This document shows positions 25,138-37,334 of a DNA stretch of 64,000 nucleotides, piece after piece. Within the stretch, counting starts at the first letter, position 1. Each line of letters starts with the position of its first letter. The DNA lies in contig OZ025657.1 in assembly GCA_964019335.1 (NCBI GenBank), positions 124,001-188,000 on the forward strand, written 5' to 3'. Both the position numbers and the translations under genes were made by a program. The stretch comes from Diplonema japonicum (taxonomy: Eukaryota > Protista > Euglenozoa: Diplonemea). The notes beneath the pieces were generated by a model that ran no database searches, was not told where the DNA came from, and was given only the letters and a program-made list of their open reading frames with translations.

Positions 25138-26048
25138 TTACGCCAACTCATCAACAATGGAATCACGGATCCCCTGAAGGATACCACCCTGTGCAGTTTT
25201 TTTTTTTTTTGTTTAACCCCCCAAAATTTCCCCCTCTCCCCTCACTTCACACACCGATTGCTCCTGCTTCTGTCTCAGCTTGAACACGTTTTCAATTACG
25301 GAAATTTCAGTAGAGGTGGTGTTCAGCCCACAGAAGGCACACCAATCGTTCACGACAAGCCCCGCACCAAGCACCTTTTTTTTTTTTTTTTTTCCCCCCA
25401 AAAAAAAAAAATATATATATATATACCTCACAACCCCTGTTCACAGTACCGGCAACGACGGGGACCTGGAGAAGGGTAGAAAGCTCGTCCATGTCTTTCC
25501 GGGGGGTCTTGGGGTGCACAACACACCCTTGGTTGGAAAGCACCGCGTACGACCCCACAAGAGCGTTGCCAGCAATCGAAGTACGGAAAGTCTCAACCCC
25601 AAGGGTGTCCTGTAAGTATGTAATATTCTTCTATTCTTCCCTCCCGCCTACTGCATACCCTGATGATTTGTTCTGTTTCCTTGTCGATTTCCGAGTGTAT
25701 CAGTGCAACATAGTCGTTGCAGACAATGCAGTTGCCGAGGGCGGAGAGGCGCTCTTCGATCCTTTCCACCTTAACGGAGTCGGGGAGTGCGTTCCGGATG
25801 TGCTGAAGCTCCTGGTCGGTGGTGGTTGCAGGGAGAAGCAGACCCTTCTTGTTACCCACACACATCCGGCCAATCACCCTTGTGTCTGCAATGCTCACAG
25901 GAACCACAGGGATATGCTCGGCAAGCTCTTGCTCGAACATCGAGTAAAAATTCGCAGACGCACCAAGCGCAACCAAACAGTAAGAGTTGGTCAGCTTGGC
26001 GAACACACCAATGTCATCGCTAGACTCGAACCTTGTACGAAGCGCCAT
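25138..26048 (-). CDS. EIF6: Eukaryotic translation initiation factor 6 (4 exons)
   Basis: [56 protein letters not shown], ending [11 protein letters not shown]. Introns 25610-25658, 25375-25426, 25189-25254. Confidence 0.97.
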
Positions 26049-26147
26049 TTTTTTTTTTTTTTTCTTTTTCTTTTTTTTTTCTTTTTTTTGTTTTTTTTCT
26101 TTTTAATCTTTTGTGGAAGGAGAAGAGAAAAAAAACAAAAAAAGCAC

Positions 26148-26423
26148 GGTGAAGTGCTAACTTGACCCTCAGGTTTTCTAAACGCTCAAAGTCAGCTCCC
26201 CCAAACTAGGGAACACTCTCTCACCGCCCTTGGTTTTCAAAAATTACCCTGATTGGGCCCCCCTTTATTTCCTAACAATAGGTAACTTGAAATCTCCGTT
26301 GGGTACCAGGGTTACTTCTTAGAGGGGCCAAATTCAAACTTAAGTAGGCCTTGGGCATTTCTCAAACTGAGGGGGTTGATTTTGAGCATATCCGAACTTA
26401 GGGGTCAAGGTAGCAGTTTTCTC
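26148..26423. mobile_element. Degenerate foldback/MITE-like element (possibly Mutator-type TIRs)
   Basis: Left end ggtgaagtgctaacttgaccctcagg...gctcaaagtcagctcccc aligns with the reverse complement of the right end (gagaaaactgctaccttgacccctaag...gctcaaaatcaaccccc) over ~60 bp. No ORF; no clear TSD. Confidence 0.55.
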
Positions 26424-26988
26424 ATAAAAGTAATATAAATAAAAAAAAAATCCTTACATATATCTCGTAGGGGTCACTTTCCCCAGGACAAAAAAAAAAA
26501 AAGAAAAAGAAAAAAAAAAAAACACCAAAAATCGATTCGGTACCTTTACTGAACTGAGCTCATCACATTTCTTTTTTTTTTTTTCTTTTACCGCGTTTGC
26601 ACGTTTTAATGGTACTTTTTTTGATCGCCCTAGAGATATTAAGGGTTAAAGAAAAAGAAATAATACACTGACAGAGAAGACTGGAGAGTGGGAGGGAGAA
26701 GGAGGAAGTGGGGGCTAATATTAATTTCGCCAGCTTCCCCTTCTGCTTTCTCTCTGACTCTCTCTACTCCCCCCCCCCCTTCTTTTATTTTTCTTGACAC
26801 AATCATACAACTTCTTTCTTTAAATCTTTTTATAAAGAAAAAAAAGGAGAAAAGAAGAAGAAAAAAAAACAACAATTGACTTTGACCAATTTGAGATTTG
26901 GAAAGCAGGAGCCAAAAGGGGGGGGGGGGAAGAAAATCTAATACATAAGAAAAAAAGATCTTGTTTTCAAAAAAGAATGAAGAAATAT

Positions 26989-29517
26989 CTAAATTGAGTG
27001 CAACCTCATGGGCGGCGAAGAAGGGCTCATACTTCGGACTAGAGAGGGCAGCGCACATTTGCGCTCGGAGAGTGTTTTAGGGGTGAAAGGCATAGTGCCT
27101 TGAGAGGGGAATATGACAGTGCACGTTGCTGACCGGGAAAGGCACAGTCGCTTGGCCTCTTCAATGGCTTGCGTCTCAGTTCGGTGCCCCCATGAGGCAC
27201 CCCATGACCGGCTTTTGGTCGGTGTTTTGGGCTTTTCACCTATGACAAAGGCTTTTTTATCAGGAAACTCCAGGAATTCCTCGTATGAGCCGAACTCCGC
27301 AGGCCAGTCTGTGATTTCTTCATTGATTTCCAAGCTGGTGGGTGGTGGCGATGGCGCCTTCAAGGGCGATGCAGGGGGCAGCCCGCTTGCAAAGCTAATC
27401 TCCGGGGGGTCGCCTGCTGTGCCCATGCCCAGGGCGTCGAGGTACGTGATGTGGGACTGCAAGTACGCCACCATGCTGCGCAGGTTGCTGTTCTCCGTCA
27501 GTATCCCCCGCCCACCGTCGTCCAAGCTGATGGGGATGGAAGCTTCCCGCCGTTCCGTCGCCACACGCACCCCACCCGCACCCTCGGGCAGCACAGGGAG
27601 CAACGTGTCGTCTGCAGCAGCCCCCTGCTTGTAGCCCGTGCACGTCAGTATCTTCCGCACCGCGGGTCCTGGCAGCACCGCCACCAGATCCCTCATCGTA
27701 GCGTACCTCAGCTGGCTCACCGACCTGATGCTGATCCCCGCCAGTGCTTGCCGTTCCTCCGCCGACACCCCCTCCAAAGCGAGCTTCTCATCAAAGCTCG
27801 GTTCCAGCGAACCCTCCGCCACGGTGGGCGATGCGAAGGAGTTGCTCCTTGTAGACAGGCAGAAGGACCCTTGCGGGGGCAGGTTCACAGTGTTCACTCT
27901 GTAAAGAGGCATTGTTTCCTCGTCTGGGATAGACTGCAGGGAGCACCTGCGCATCTTGGAGGAGCCTGATGAGATGCGCCGCAAGGGGGATCCGCTCTTG
28001 GAGGACTCGCGGAGGGACTTGTACGAAGAGGTGAGGTTGGGTTGGACAGGGTCGGGTGAGGGAGAAGGCGAGTAGAGGACGTAGCGCTTGCCTACAGCAG
28101 GCTCCGTGGGACGGCGGCCGGTTGTGAGGTTGCCTCCATCGTCGAAGGAGTCGTCGTTGTCGTCGCTTTTGCGGGAATCGTGTTCGCTGTCCTCCTTCAC
28201 CACAGCGGGTGGCGCCAGGGGGGGCGGTGGGGTCACGCTGCCCCCAGTAGGCCCCGCGGGTGTTACGGTCACTAGGTCGCCCTCGAGCCGCCTCGCCTTC
28301 TCTCGTTCTTTCTCTTTCTCCTTCTCCTCTTCCAACAGCCTATCCTTCTCTTCCGCCACTTCCTCCGCAACATGCAGCCTCTCCTTCACATCCCGCAGCT
28401 CTTCTTGCAGCTTTTGCCTCGACCCTATCTCCTCCTTAAGCTTCCCTTTTACATCATTCTCCTTTTCCACAGACTCCTTGTTCTGCGTTAAGAAAAAATT
28501 GTTTTTCTTTTTTAAAACACCCTCCCGTTTTTGCATCTACCTGTTTCTCCCACGTAAGAAGCTGCTGCTTCAACTCTTGCATTTTCATTTTCAATTGGAT
28601 GTTCTCGCCTTCGATCTCTTGGTTCCATTCTTGACCCTGGGTATTTTTTTTCCCTCTCCCCCGTTTTTCTTCTTCCCACTCGTTATTTCTGGAGCGTCAA
28701 AAATACCTTAAGATCGAGAAGGTTGCGCCATCGTTCTTCGGCGATTCGGGGCTTTTCGTCAGACTGCTTTGAGTGTGGTCGGGTTATAACATACCGATCG
28801 GCGAGGGGAAGGGGAAGGGGGCACGTTGGACAGAGATGCGGATGTTCGCCGCGCGAAATCGTCAAACCGGTCGGAGTTGGAGGGGGAACCGGGGGGGAAG
28901 GCACGAGCGGGAGAAGAAGTGCGAGAAGAAGGTGCTGATCTATACGAGCTGTCGAACGTAAGCGGAGACTGCGACCGGCTGTTCTTACTGGACACGTACT
29001 TGCTTATGAGGTTCTTGGGGGACTGCCACCCTTCGTGCTTGTCGAAGTTCCCCTGCTGGTAAAGATCCTGCTTGCTGGGTACCTCCACTGCAAAGTTCTC
29101 GCTTTCCCCATGGTACTCCTTATGCAGTCTTCTCATCACTTCCACAAAGTGTTCCGCAGTCTTCTGATCGTCCATCGGGTCATTCATGTTGTCGTGGGTG
29201 AAATTCAGCAAGATGTCGAATTGCGTCGGTACCTTCAGCAGAATCTGCCACAGCTCCCCACTCTTTGAAGGTATCTTGCGCTGGTGCAACGAGGAGACCA
29301 AATCGCATCCCAAAAACCTGGTGAAGCTCCCCTCCACAGTTGCCAGGATCAGCTTCCTGTACGTTACAATAACAACTTTCTTTTGCTTTTTATTGTTGCT
29401 GTTGATTTTGTCCACCACCCTAATAAACAGCAAATGCGGGTCTCTAAACCTCGGTACGTCTAGTTTAGTTGGTGGACTGACATAGGGTAGGCCTGTTGCG
29501 TCACATGTATCAGGCAT
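26989..29517 (-). CDS. Hypothetical protein: N-terminal PH/TH1-like domain, coiled coil, S/P-rich region, small Cys-containing C-terminal domain (4 exons)
   Basis: VDKINSNNKKQKKVVIVT (TH1/PH-like); C-terminal FLEFPDKKAFVI...WGASWG...AIEEAKRLC...TCTV. Introns 28764-28794, 28637-28706, 28483-28540 restore frame. Confidence 0.7.
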
Positions 29518-29625
29518 CCCCAACACCTGTTTTTGAGTTTGAAATTTGAAGGGGGCCAAATTTCAAAAAGGAATATCAGAAAGAAAGAAGGGGAGAAAAA
29601 AGAAAAAAAAAAAAAAAAAAAAAAC

Positions 29626-29886
29626 TCAACTGTAAAATGAGTGGTTTGGTATTTTTATGTTGCCCTTGAGCTTGAGGCCGAGCACGTTCCCAAGCTTGGC
29701 AAAGTCGTTCCAGAAAGGGACCTTCTCATCCGTAGCCAGCAACACCGCAATGACGACGAAAGGGACCAAAAACAGAAACGCCATACCTAGGAAATACACA
29801 CACGGGACTCCTGTCCCGTCCCATTCACCATCGCTCTCATACTCCTCTAACTCCTCAACCTCTTCCTTGTTACTGCACCGAGGCAT
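29626..29886 (-). CDS. Small single-pass membrane protein (86 aa)
   Basis: Acidic N-terminus followed by hydrophobic CVYFLGMAFLFLVPFVVIAVLL. Confidence 0.55.
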   Translation of the reverse strand: MPRCSNKEEVEELEEYESDGEWDGTGVPCVYFLGMAFLFLVPFVVIAVLLATDEKVPFWNDFAKLGNVLGLKLKGNIKIPNHSFYS

Positions 29887-30509
29887 GTAGATGCGTTGAG
29901 GGGTGGGGGGTGGGTCACTTTATATATTCGTACAGAGACACAAAAAACTGTAAAAAGAGAATAAAAAAGAAAAAAGCCCCCCCCCCCTTCTTTTATTTTG
30001 CATTGGGAAAGACTCGGCGGGGGGGGGGGGGGGGGGGGGCGTGTGCGTGAATTGAAAACGGTGGAAGAAGCAGATTTGTGCAACGCAAAATGAGAAAAAA
30101 AAATATTAAAATCTTATTTTAGGGAGTAAATTAGAAATTAAAAAAATTTAAAAAAAAAAAAAAAACATAACGCTGTGCGCAAACAAAGTGGTGCGCCAAG
30201 AATTAGTTTTTTTTTTCCCTCATTTTTTTTTCTTTTTCTCACCCACCCCCTCTTTGTAATTTCTTTTCATTGAATAATAAATAAAAAAAAAAAAGGCAAG
30301 AGATATTGAACTAAACTGTTGAGGCCGCACCGCCCATCACCTCTGACATGAAAAGAACAAAAAAAAAAAAAGACGAAAGTTTAAAAGACTGTGAGGTTAG
30401 GCATTCGGGCTTTTTATACGTTGTTATTTGCTTCAAAAAAAAAAGAAGAAAAAGAAGAACACTCTCCCCCCCCCCCCCCCCCCCCCTTCACAAACCCTTT
30501 TTTGTAACC

Positions 30510-30894
30510 TCACGAGTAATCGTCAACTCTCTTGTTAAGAATTTGCTTACCCTTCAGTACCATCAGCTCTGTTGCCTTCTCAAAAGGAATGATTTTGTCA
30601 TATCTCCTGTAGGCCTCTTGGTAGATTGCCCCGTCACCTTCCTCAAAGGCTGAAATCACGCTCTTGCAGAATTCATATTCGTGGGTCGAGTCACACAACT
30701 GGAGGTCTATATCACAGTACTCCTCAAACTTATCCCTGAAGGCGTCTATCCCAGGTTCGCAAGCCATCGGTGATATCAAAGGGAGCTGGCAGAGCAACGC
30801 GTTGAAGAAATGACCCTTTGCGTTGAACCGAAGCAGGTTGTCTTCTGCGCACTGCTTGCCGAGGTCCTCAAAGATTTCGATGGCCTCTTCATAC

Positions 30895-30925
<31 letters not shown>

Positions 30926-31505
30926 CCCCAAACACACCTGTTGGGTCTTCACGTTCGCGATCTTCCGGTTGACCTCATTTCCGTGTGTGGTCGAGTTCTT
31001 CATCAGTTTGTAGTAGTCCCTCGCCTTTTCGTAGCATATCAGAAGTTGCTCGTTCAGTTCTTCTTCTTTTGATCCGGACTCCCCATGGAGAAGCTCTTCA
31101 AAGATCTTGGCGCTCTGTTTTGTGTTGTTTTTGAAAAGAAAGACAAAACAAAAAAAAGAATACCTCAATACACAATTTCGCTGCTCTGTCGTATCTTCCG
31201 TTCTTGTCCAGAAGGTCCAGGGCCATGTTCTGTGTTTCCGTGGCTTCCTTGCAGTCGAACTTTCTGTAGCAGTTGGCTGCGTCCATTAAATCGGAAATCA
31301 TCTCTGAGTCGCATTTAGTCTTAACTGACATTTGGTAGCACTTCATGAACGCGCCTGCAGCCCCCGCCCAGTCCTGCAGCTTCTTGTACTGGTTTGCCGC
31401 CTGCACGTACAGGTCCCTCGCGTCCTCGTACTTCGAGCTCCCCCCGAAGAACTTCTTTGTTTTCTTGTCGCCTTTCTCCATCAACTCTGCTGCTTTTGCC
31501 GCCAT
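30510..31505 (-). CDS. SEC17: Alpha-SNAP (soluble NSF attachment protein; 3 exons)
   Basis: KKFFGGSSKYEDARDLYVQAANQYK, DAANCYRK, KYEEAIEIFE, LLRFNAKGHFFNALLCQL. Introns 31115-31163 and 30900-30937. Confidence 0.92.
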
Positions 31506-31977
31506 CTTGCCTCCCCCTTCTCTGGTTCAAAAAAAAAAAAAATACAATTAGTGTCAAGTGGCACCGCTTTAAGATGCTCAATATGATTTGGAAATATGCG
31601 GCCTTCGAGTTGCGGGCATCCTTAAAAAAAAAAAAAAAACGAGCGAAGCGAGACCAGTAGACAAGAAATAACTGCTGCACAGGGATTCGCCCCCGGACGA
31701 AGGTGTCGCCACGTCTTCGGTTTAGGATGGACGTCGCTGGAGCGCCGGAGGAGAGACAAACCGTCAGCAAGAACATAGCCCCGTTAGCTTGACCCCAGTA
31801 CGTCAAAAAAATATTTAGATTGGTGGGTTTGGTGGGAAGGAGAAGGTTTGTGTCCCCCGCCTTTACCAAAAGAAGAAGAGAAAAAAAATAAACAATACAA
31901 AGAAGTGAATATACAACTTATGTGAAACGCTTTATTTGTTTCCCTTCGTTTTTTGTGTATTACTCCTTCCCATTCTT

Positions 31978-32898
31978 TCAAAACGCCAGCAGCTCACCCT
32001 TCACCCTCCTTCTGGAAGGGGCGCCTTCCACACTGCGGTATCCTTTGTAAAAAGAAGACGCTGGGTAGATATGCACCCTTGGATAATGAGGGTGCGGGTG
32101 TTCAAAATGTGCAACCGGAGAATGCGAAGCAGCAGGCGGCGCGGGAGGCTCAGGAATGCGAAAGGACTGCGTGCCCGTCACAAGGTGCCTCCGGCGTATA
32201 ATGGACTCATATGGCAGCACAGCCTCGGAGCCTGCAAGGGCAAGGGCAAAGGCAGCTGCTTGCCAGTTGTCGTCCGTCCCGTAACAACAGAAGAACTCGT
32301 CCCGTGTGTACCAGACCCCATCGGTGTCCTGTCGTCGTTCACTACCTTCGTCTGCTCCCTTGAGGTTCACAGGGTAGTGAGGGTGTTCCTGATGGTGCGC
32401 CAGTGGGACAACAAGCAAGTCACCGTCAGTCGAATTGTCTAGTTTTTTAAATGGTTTTTTTTTTCCGTCTTTGGGCCGACAGTGCATCGCACCTAACTTT
32501 TTCATATATTTCGAGAAGGACAGGAACCATGACAGCCATGCGTCGCGCTCTTCAGTTGTTCGTGCTGCCAGATCCCATTGTTTGTTTCCTCCCTTTAGGC
32601 GAATGCCGATTGGCCCGTATCTGTACTCAATGCGTCCCTCGTCTTTGAAGGGCAGGGAGTCGTCTTTTGTTAACCCAGTAGCGCCGATTGCTTCTACCCC
32701 AGACATGGGCATAGTCCAGGATGACTTTGTTTTGACGAACCCTTTCTCCTTCTGCTTGTCTACTACAAAGCAGCTCTGTTCCCCTTCAATCCAAGCCCTT
32801 ATCCTCCTCCCAGGCCTCCATCCGCTTTTGCCGACTGTTTTCTTCGGATGTTTGAAGTATAATGTCCCTTTTTCCGGGGACTCCTCGAATTTTTTCAT
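31978..32898 (-). CDS. PH-domain protein with an ERRxDxDG..YT..EF..YG..W module
   Basis: KGTLYFKHP...GWRP...WDLAARTTEERDAWLSWF (PH). Likely start MKKFEE at 32898; the upstream F-rich part of the ORF is homopolymer noise. Confidence 0.7.
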   Translation of the reverse strand: MKKFEESPEKGTLYFKHPKKTVGKSGWRPGRRIRAWIEGEQSCFVVDKQKEKGFVKTKSSWTMPMSGVEAIGATGLTKDDSLPFKDEGRIEYRYGPIGIRLKGGNKQWDLAARTTEERDAWLSWFLSFSKYMKKLGAMHCRPKDGKKKPFKKLDNSTDGDLLVVPLAHHQEHPHYPVNLKGADEGSERRQDTDGVWYTRDEFFCCYGTDDNWQAAAFALALAGSEAVLPYESIIRRRHLVTGTQSFRIPEPPAPPAASHSPVAHFEHPHPHYPRVHIYPASSFYKGYRSVEGAPSRRRVKGELLAF

Positions 32899-33240
32899 TT
32901 TGTGTGAAGCATTACACCTCTCCTGGTGTGTGTGTATCAGGGAATGAAATCGAGAACAAAAAAAAAAGAAAGAATGAAAAAAAAAATGGAAAAAAAAAGA
33001 CGGCTTCACTATGATGGGGAAAGTGTTAGCAACGAAACCCACCAAAAAAAAAAAAAAAAAAAAAAAAAGAACGGCAGGATAAAAAAAAAAAAAAAGTAAG
33101 CAAAAAAAATAAGAAGATGAAAGCATGGAAAAATGAAGAAAAATTATCAATCAAAAAAAGAAGTGAACACACTTGAACGCTGTACTGCCGCCTTTTCAAA
33201 AGAAAAGAAAAAAAAAGAGAGAGAATTATATAAAAGAAAA

Positions 33241-35846
33241 TCAGATATGTAAGTCGGTGCGCACGTCCCTTATTGATGCGCCAGTTTTATCCTTAAGCGC
33301 GTTCGCTATTCTTTCCAGTTTCGCAGCGCAGGTGCCAAGCCGCGGTTCCGGATGTTTCTTTTTTTTTTTTCCCTCTCTTTTTTCCCAAAAAAAAAATACC
33401 TTATCAAGCCGTTTACCTTCAAGGATGAAGCTCTGCTGGCTGTAAGGCCAACTGTCAGCGTCAATTCCTTCAATAATCACAGACCACTCCTTGTGCTCGG
33501 GGCAACAATGTGCATCGAGGTCAAGTCCGAAAGAGGGCGCTACCTTGTGCTTGGACAAGTACGCAAGGGAATCTGCCTTACTAACCACCAACACTCCTTG
33601 CATGCTCCAGTTATCCGGGCTCCAATGTGCTGTTTTTTTTTTTTTTTTTTTTTCCTTTCTCATGTTCATACAAGCCAGTGCCCTGAAGCATTCCGCCACG
33701 TAAGTCTCAGGTGCAGTCGTGAGCAGCACCACGGAGTACCGCTTCTGTATGTTCGTCAGGAAGCGGATAGCGTAGCGGGTCATGTACGCCTGCTCGTCTT
33801 GGTACTCACCCTGCTGTGTGGTGCAGCCGAAAACAAGATAAAACATACCCTTAGCTTCAACAAGAAGTAGCTTGCCGCATTCGCGACCAGTGTCGATCTC
33901 TTCACGACGCACGACTCTAGATGATTCGGCCACGCCACCTTCGGCAGCACTTTGTCATTGTACACGAATTTCGCGATCAGCCCCTCGAAGGTGAGGAAGA
34001 GCGTGGGCTTCGGACGGGCGGACGGCACGTACATCAAGTCGGACCTTGACATCACGTGCGCCTTGAAGGCCTGCCGCTCGCCGCCTTCCGGTATGAGCAG
34101 CAAACGTGTTTCAGCATCCAACGAACATATTATAACACGCGAGAAGACAATGCAGACGTCGTGCATCTTCCTTGCCACGTCACCGCATGCCTCTACCATG
34201 CACGCCGCCTCCTTCTCCACTACATGCCTCAGATTCTTCATCAGTCCTGTGTGTTGCAGCACGCAACTACCCGTTGTGTAGCTGGGCAACGTGACAGCCA
34301 TCAAGGGGGGCGGGTTGTCGATCTTGCACCCGAACTCCCCCAAGTAGCACCCATCGACCAGCATGTTGAAGGACCACTCGAGGCCGAGATAGTTCGCAGG
34401 GCTCCACAGCGTCTCGCCCTCAGGCACTCTGTCATCCTGGAGCTGGCCCTTGGCGATCTCTCCAAAAGAGGAGAAGGGGCCCGCATGTTCCTCCTGAGTA
34501 GGTTCTTCCTCAAGGTACTTGTGTTTCAGAAGCAGGGAGGTCAAGCCCTGCAGGATGTCATCGCGGATCTTCTTCTGCAGGCCGACGTCGAACTGCGGCT
34601 GCTCAGGCTTTGCTTCCTCCTGTGCGGGTTCAGTGGGCGGTGTGGGCGTGTTGCGTTCAGCAGACGGTTCATCACTGAGCTCGTCTTCAAACTCTAGCGT
34701 GTCATTAGGAGGGATGCTTGAAGCGTCCGAGGAAGACGAGTCGTGGAGCTTTGCCTCTGGTGCGGGGCTAGGCTGAGGTGCGGGAGTAGGTGCAGCTGCC
34801 TCAGGCGTCTCAGCCTCAGGCGCGCTAGGAGGAAGAGTTGCTTCAGATCTAAGTGATGCAGGCTGATGCTCCACCACCTTAACCTTCGTGTCCTCGTTGA
34901 CCTTCACCTCATCTTTGCTGTCCACATTCTTATCTTTAACTTCTCCTTCGTTTACGCTGATCTTCGCTTGAAGCTCACAACTGTCACTTCCCTTCTCTCT
35001 GTTGTTTCTCCAGTCCCTTCCACCTCGGTCTAATTCTCTATCCCGTTCTACCTTGTTCTCCAGTTTGTCTCTCCTGTCGTTCCCACTTCGATTTTCAGCT
35101 TCCCTTTCCCTTTCCCATTCCCTGTCCCTTTCCCTTTCCCTGTTTCCCCTCCGTTTTCTGTCTTTCCAGTCTCTTCTCCTGTTGATTCCCTTTTCTACGT
35201 CAGTGTCTCTGTTCCCACTAGGAGGAGTTGAGGTACCTTGTTTTCGGTCGGATGTATCGTCCTTCTTGCTGAAGGTCAGGTGAGTTCCTGCAGTGTCCTT
35301 TGTCACTGTGAGACGTGAGCCCTTGGGGGTGTAGTTTTCCTCGTTGGCATTGCCCCAGGAGGTGCGGGGGTTGTCTTGGCGCTTGTCGTTGTTGTTGTTG
35401 TTGTGCCTTTGCCGTTTAGAGTGGTTAGAGGTCGGGGTGTCGTTTCGCCTATCCCGGTCGTCGCGCTTTCTTTTGTCGAAGCTCCTGCCTTTGTCCTCGC
35501 TCTTGTCCTTCGCACTGTCCACCTCGTGCGCGATCACACACGGGCGGTACTCGTCCTCTGCCTTGTTCCCTCGTCCCCGCCTGCGTGGCCCCATATCCCC
35601 CCCTGTGTGCATGTGGTGTGCTGTACGCAACAATACGAAGTAAACGCAGTGTCACCTACTCGGGTCGAAGACCCCCCTCCCTGACCCCTCGCCTTCCTTC
35701 GCTGTCTTGTATTCTTCGTTGTTAATGGGCTCCCATCCTTTGCTGGACCCACACTTCAGGCACGGAAACGGCGACGCCGCGAAGTCAGGGTCCTCAGTCG
35801 ACACGGCGTGCCTGCACTGCAAGCATTTGAAGTTGTTCCACCCCAT
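33241..35846 (-). CDS. Zn-ribbon - R/D/E-rich region - degenerate FCP1/NIF (HAD) phosphatase-like protein (~5 exons)
   Basis: N-terminal CLQC...CLKC; KPTLFLTFEGLIAK and RYAIRFLTNIQKRYSVVLLTTAPETYVAECFRAL resemble NIF/FCP1 motifs. Introns near 35660 (acceptor ambiguous), ~33814-33848, 33630-33671, 33358-33399. Confidence 0.6.
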
Positions 35847-35899
35847 TCCTTCGGTTGTGTTTGTTTGTCCGTTCCATCAAATAGACAAGCGTCAAGCTA

Positions 35900-36659
35900 C
35901 TAGGCGTCGAGCCCTGCCAGCTCTTCTTGCAGCGTAAAGGTGGCGACCTCTAAAATGCTGAAACGCTTGACCAGCTTGCCCTGGAGCTGGTACGCAGCGA
36001 GCAGTTGGTCTTGAACACCCAACTCCCGTCGCTGTTGTGGGTTGTGTTGAATGCTGTCTGGTGCATACCTGTTTTTCCGCTTCGTTGGCGTGCTGCTCGC
36101 CGTCTGCGACGATGTGCCGCAGGTCCCACACCCTGTCCTCGACCTTCTTGACAACCTGCTCCACTTCCTCCACCTTTTCGTCAAGGATGCTCACGTCTGC
36201 TTCTCTACTCTTGATTTCGTCTTCTTGTTGTGACTTCAACACGGGCAGTTTAGCCTCCAACGTCCTCACCCGCTCTTTGTACACGGACTCTGTCCTCTCT
36301 GCCTCTAAAATTATTTTTTGCGCTGCGGCGTCCTCGTCCTCTGCGAGCTGTGCGTAGTCGAAGGTCTCTTTGTTGTACTTTTTGATGTCTTCTTCGATCG
36401 CGCTCAGCTCCTTGCGTGTGTCCGCCTTTCGTGTCTGCGCTTGCAGCAACGCAGCCATCTGATGTGTTTTGCAAAACAAAAAAAAAACAAAACATACCGC
36501 AGCTCGATACTCGTCATCGATCTCCACTTTAGCCTTTTGAAGCGCCGCCTCATGCTGCGCCTTTGATGCCAGCCGCAAAGGGTTCCCTGCTACCTTGGCA
36601 GCAATGACAGCTACAAGACAACTGATAAAGTCGGGAGGCGTGAGATGCGTGTGGGTGGA

Positions 36660-36690
<31 letters not shown>

Positions 36691-37296
36691 TCAAAATACC
36701 TGGTATTTGATGATCATCTCGTCCCGCCGCTTGCTGGCGGCCTCTTCCTCTCGTTTCCGTTTACGGGAAGCGTGGGCTTTGACTTCCTCCTTTCTTTTCT
36801 CCACAAGTTCGAATGTTGGTATTTCTGTACTATGCTGTCGGCACTGCATAATAAAAGCCTTCACTGCAGGGTAGGTAAAGGCTCCGTCTGTGAGCGTGCC
36901 CATAGGGTGGGAGCTGCTTGTGTTCCGAGGTGATCGTAGCTGCAGGGCTTTTGAGGGTGTTATTCCTTCAATACGGTATGGGGTGCCACCGACGGACACG
37001 AAGCAACCGGAAACGAGAACCGAGAAGTCTGCAGAGCCTGACATTTTAATGACTCTGTCCTTCTTCAGCTGCAGTGCGCTGAGAACTTCCATAACGTCTT
37101 TCACTTCTTTTTCCTCTTCTGCGGGAACCGGAGACGAGCGCTGAGATAGCGCATTTTCAATCTTGTCCCTCTTGATATAAGTGTACCTTGTCTTTGGTAT
37201 TAAATCGTCTTCTCTGTACATTCTGTCTAATTCATTCATCGAAATCACAACTTCACCATTTCCATCGTCGTCAAGCCATGTGGGTTTGTTGTCCAT
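35900..37296 (-). CDS. Plus3-like domain + coiled-coil protein (Rtf1-like?; 4 exons)
   Basis: IKRDKIEN...LVSGCFVSVGGTPYRIEGIT...LTDGAFT...EIPTFELVEKRKEEVK resembles the Plus3 pattern. Introns 36663-36699, 36459-36497, 36032-36068. Confidence 0.6.

Positions 37297-37334
<38 letters not shown>

Noticed and set aside
31640-31980. SECIS element with UGA read-through of the PH gene
   Set aside because: No convincing AUGA/GA core, no redox motif at the UGA, and another stop follows within five codons.
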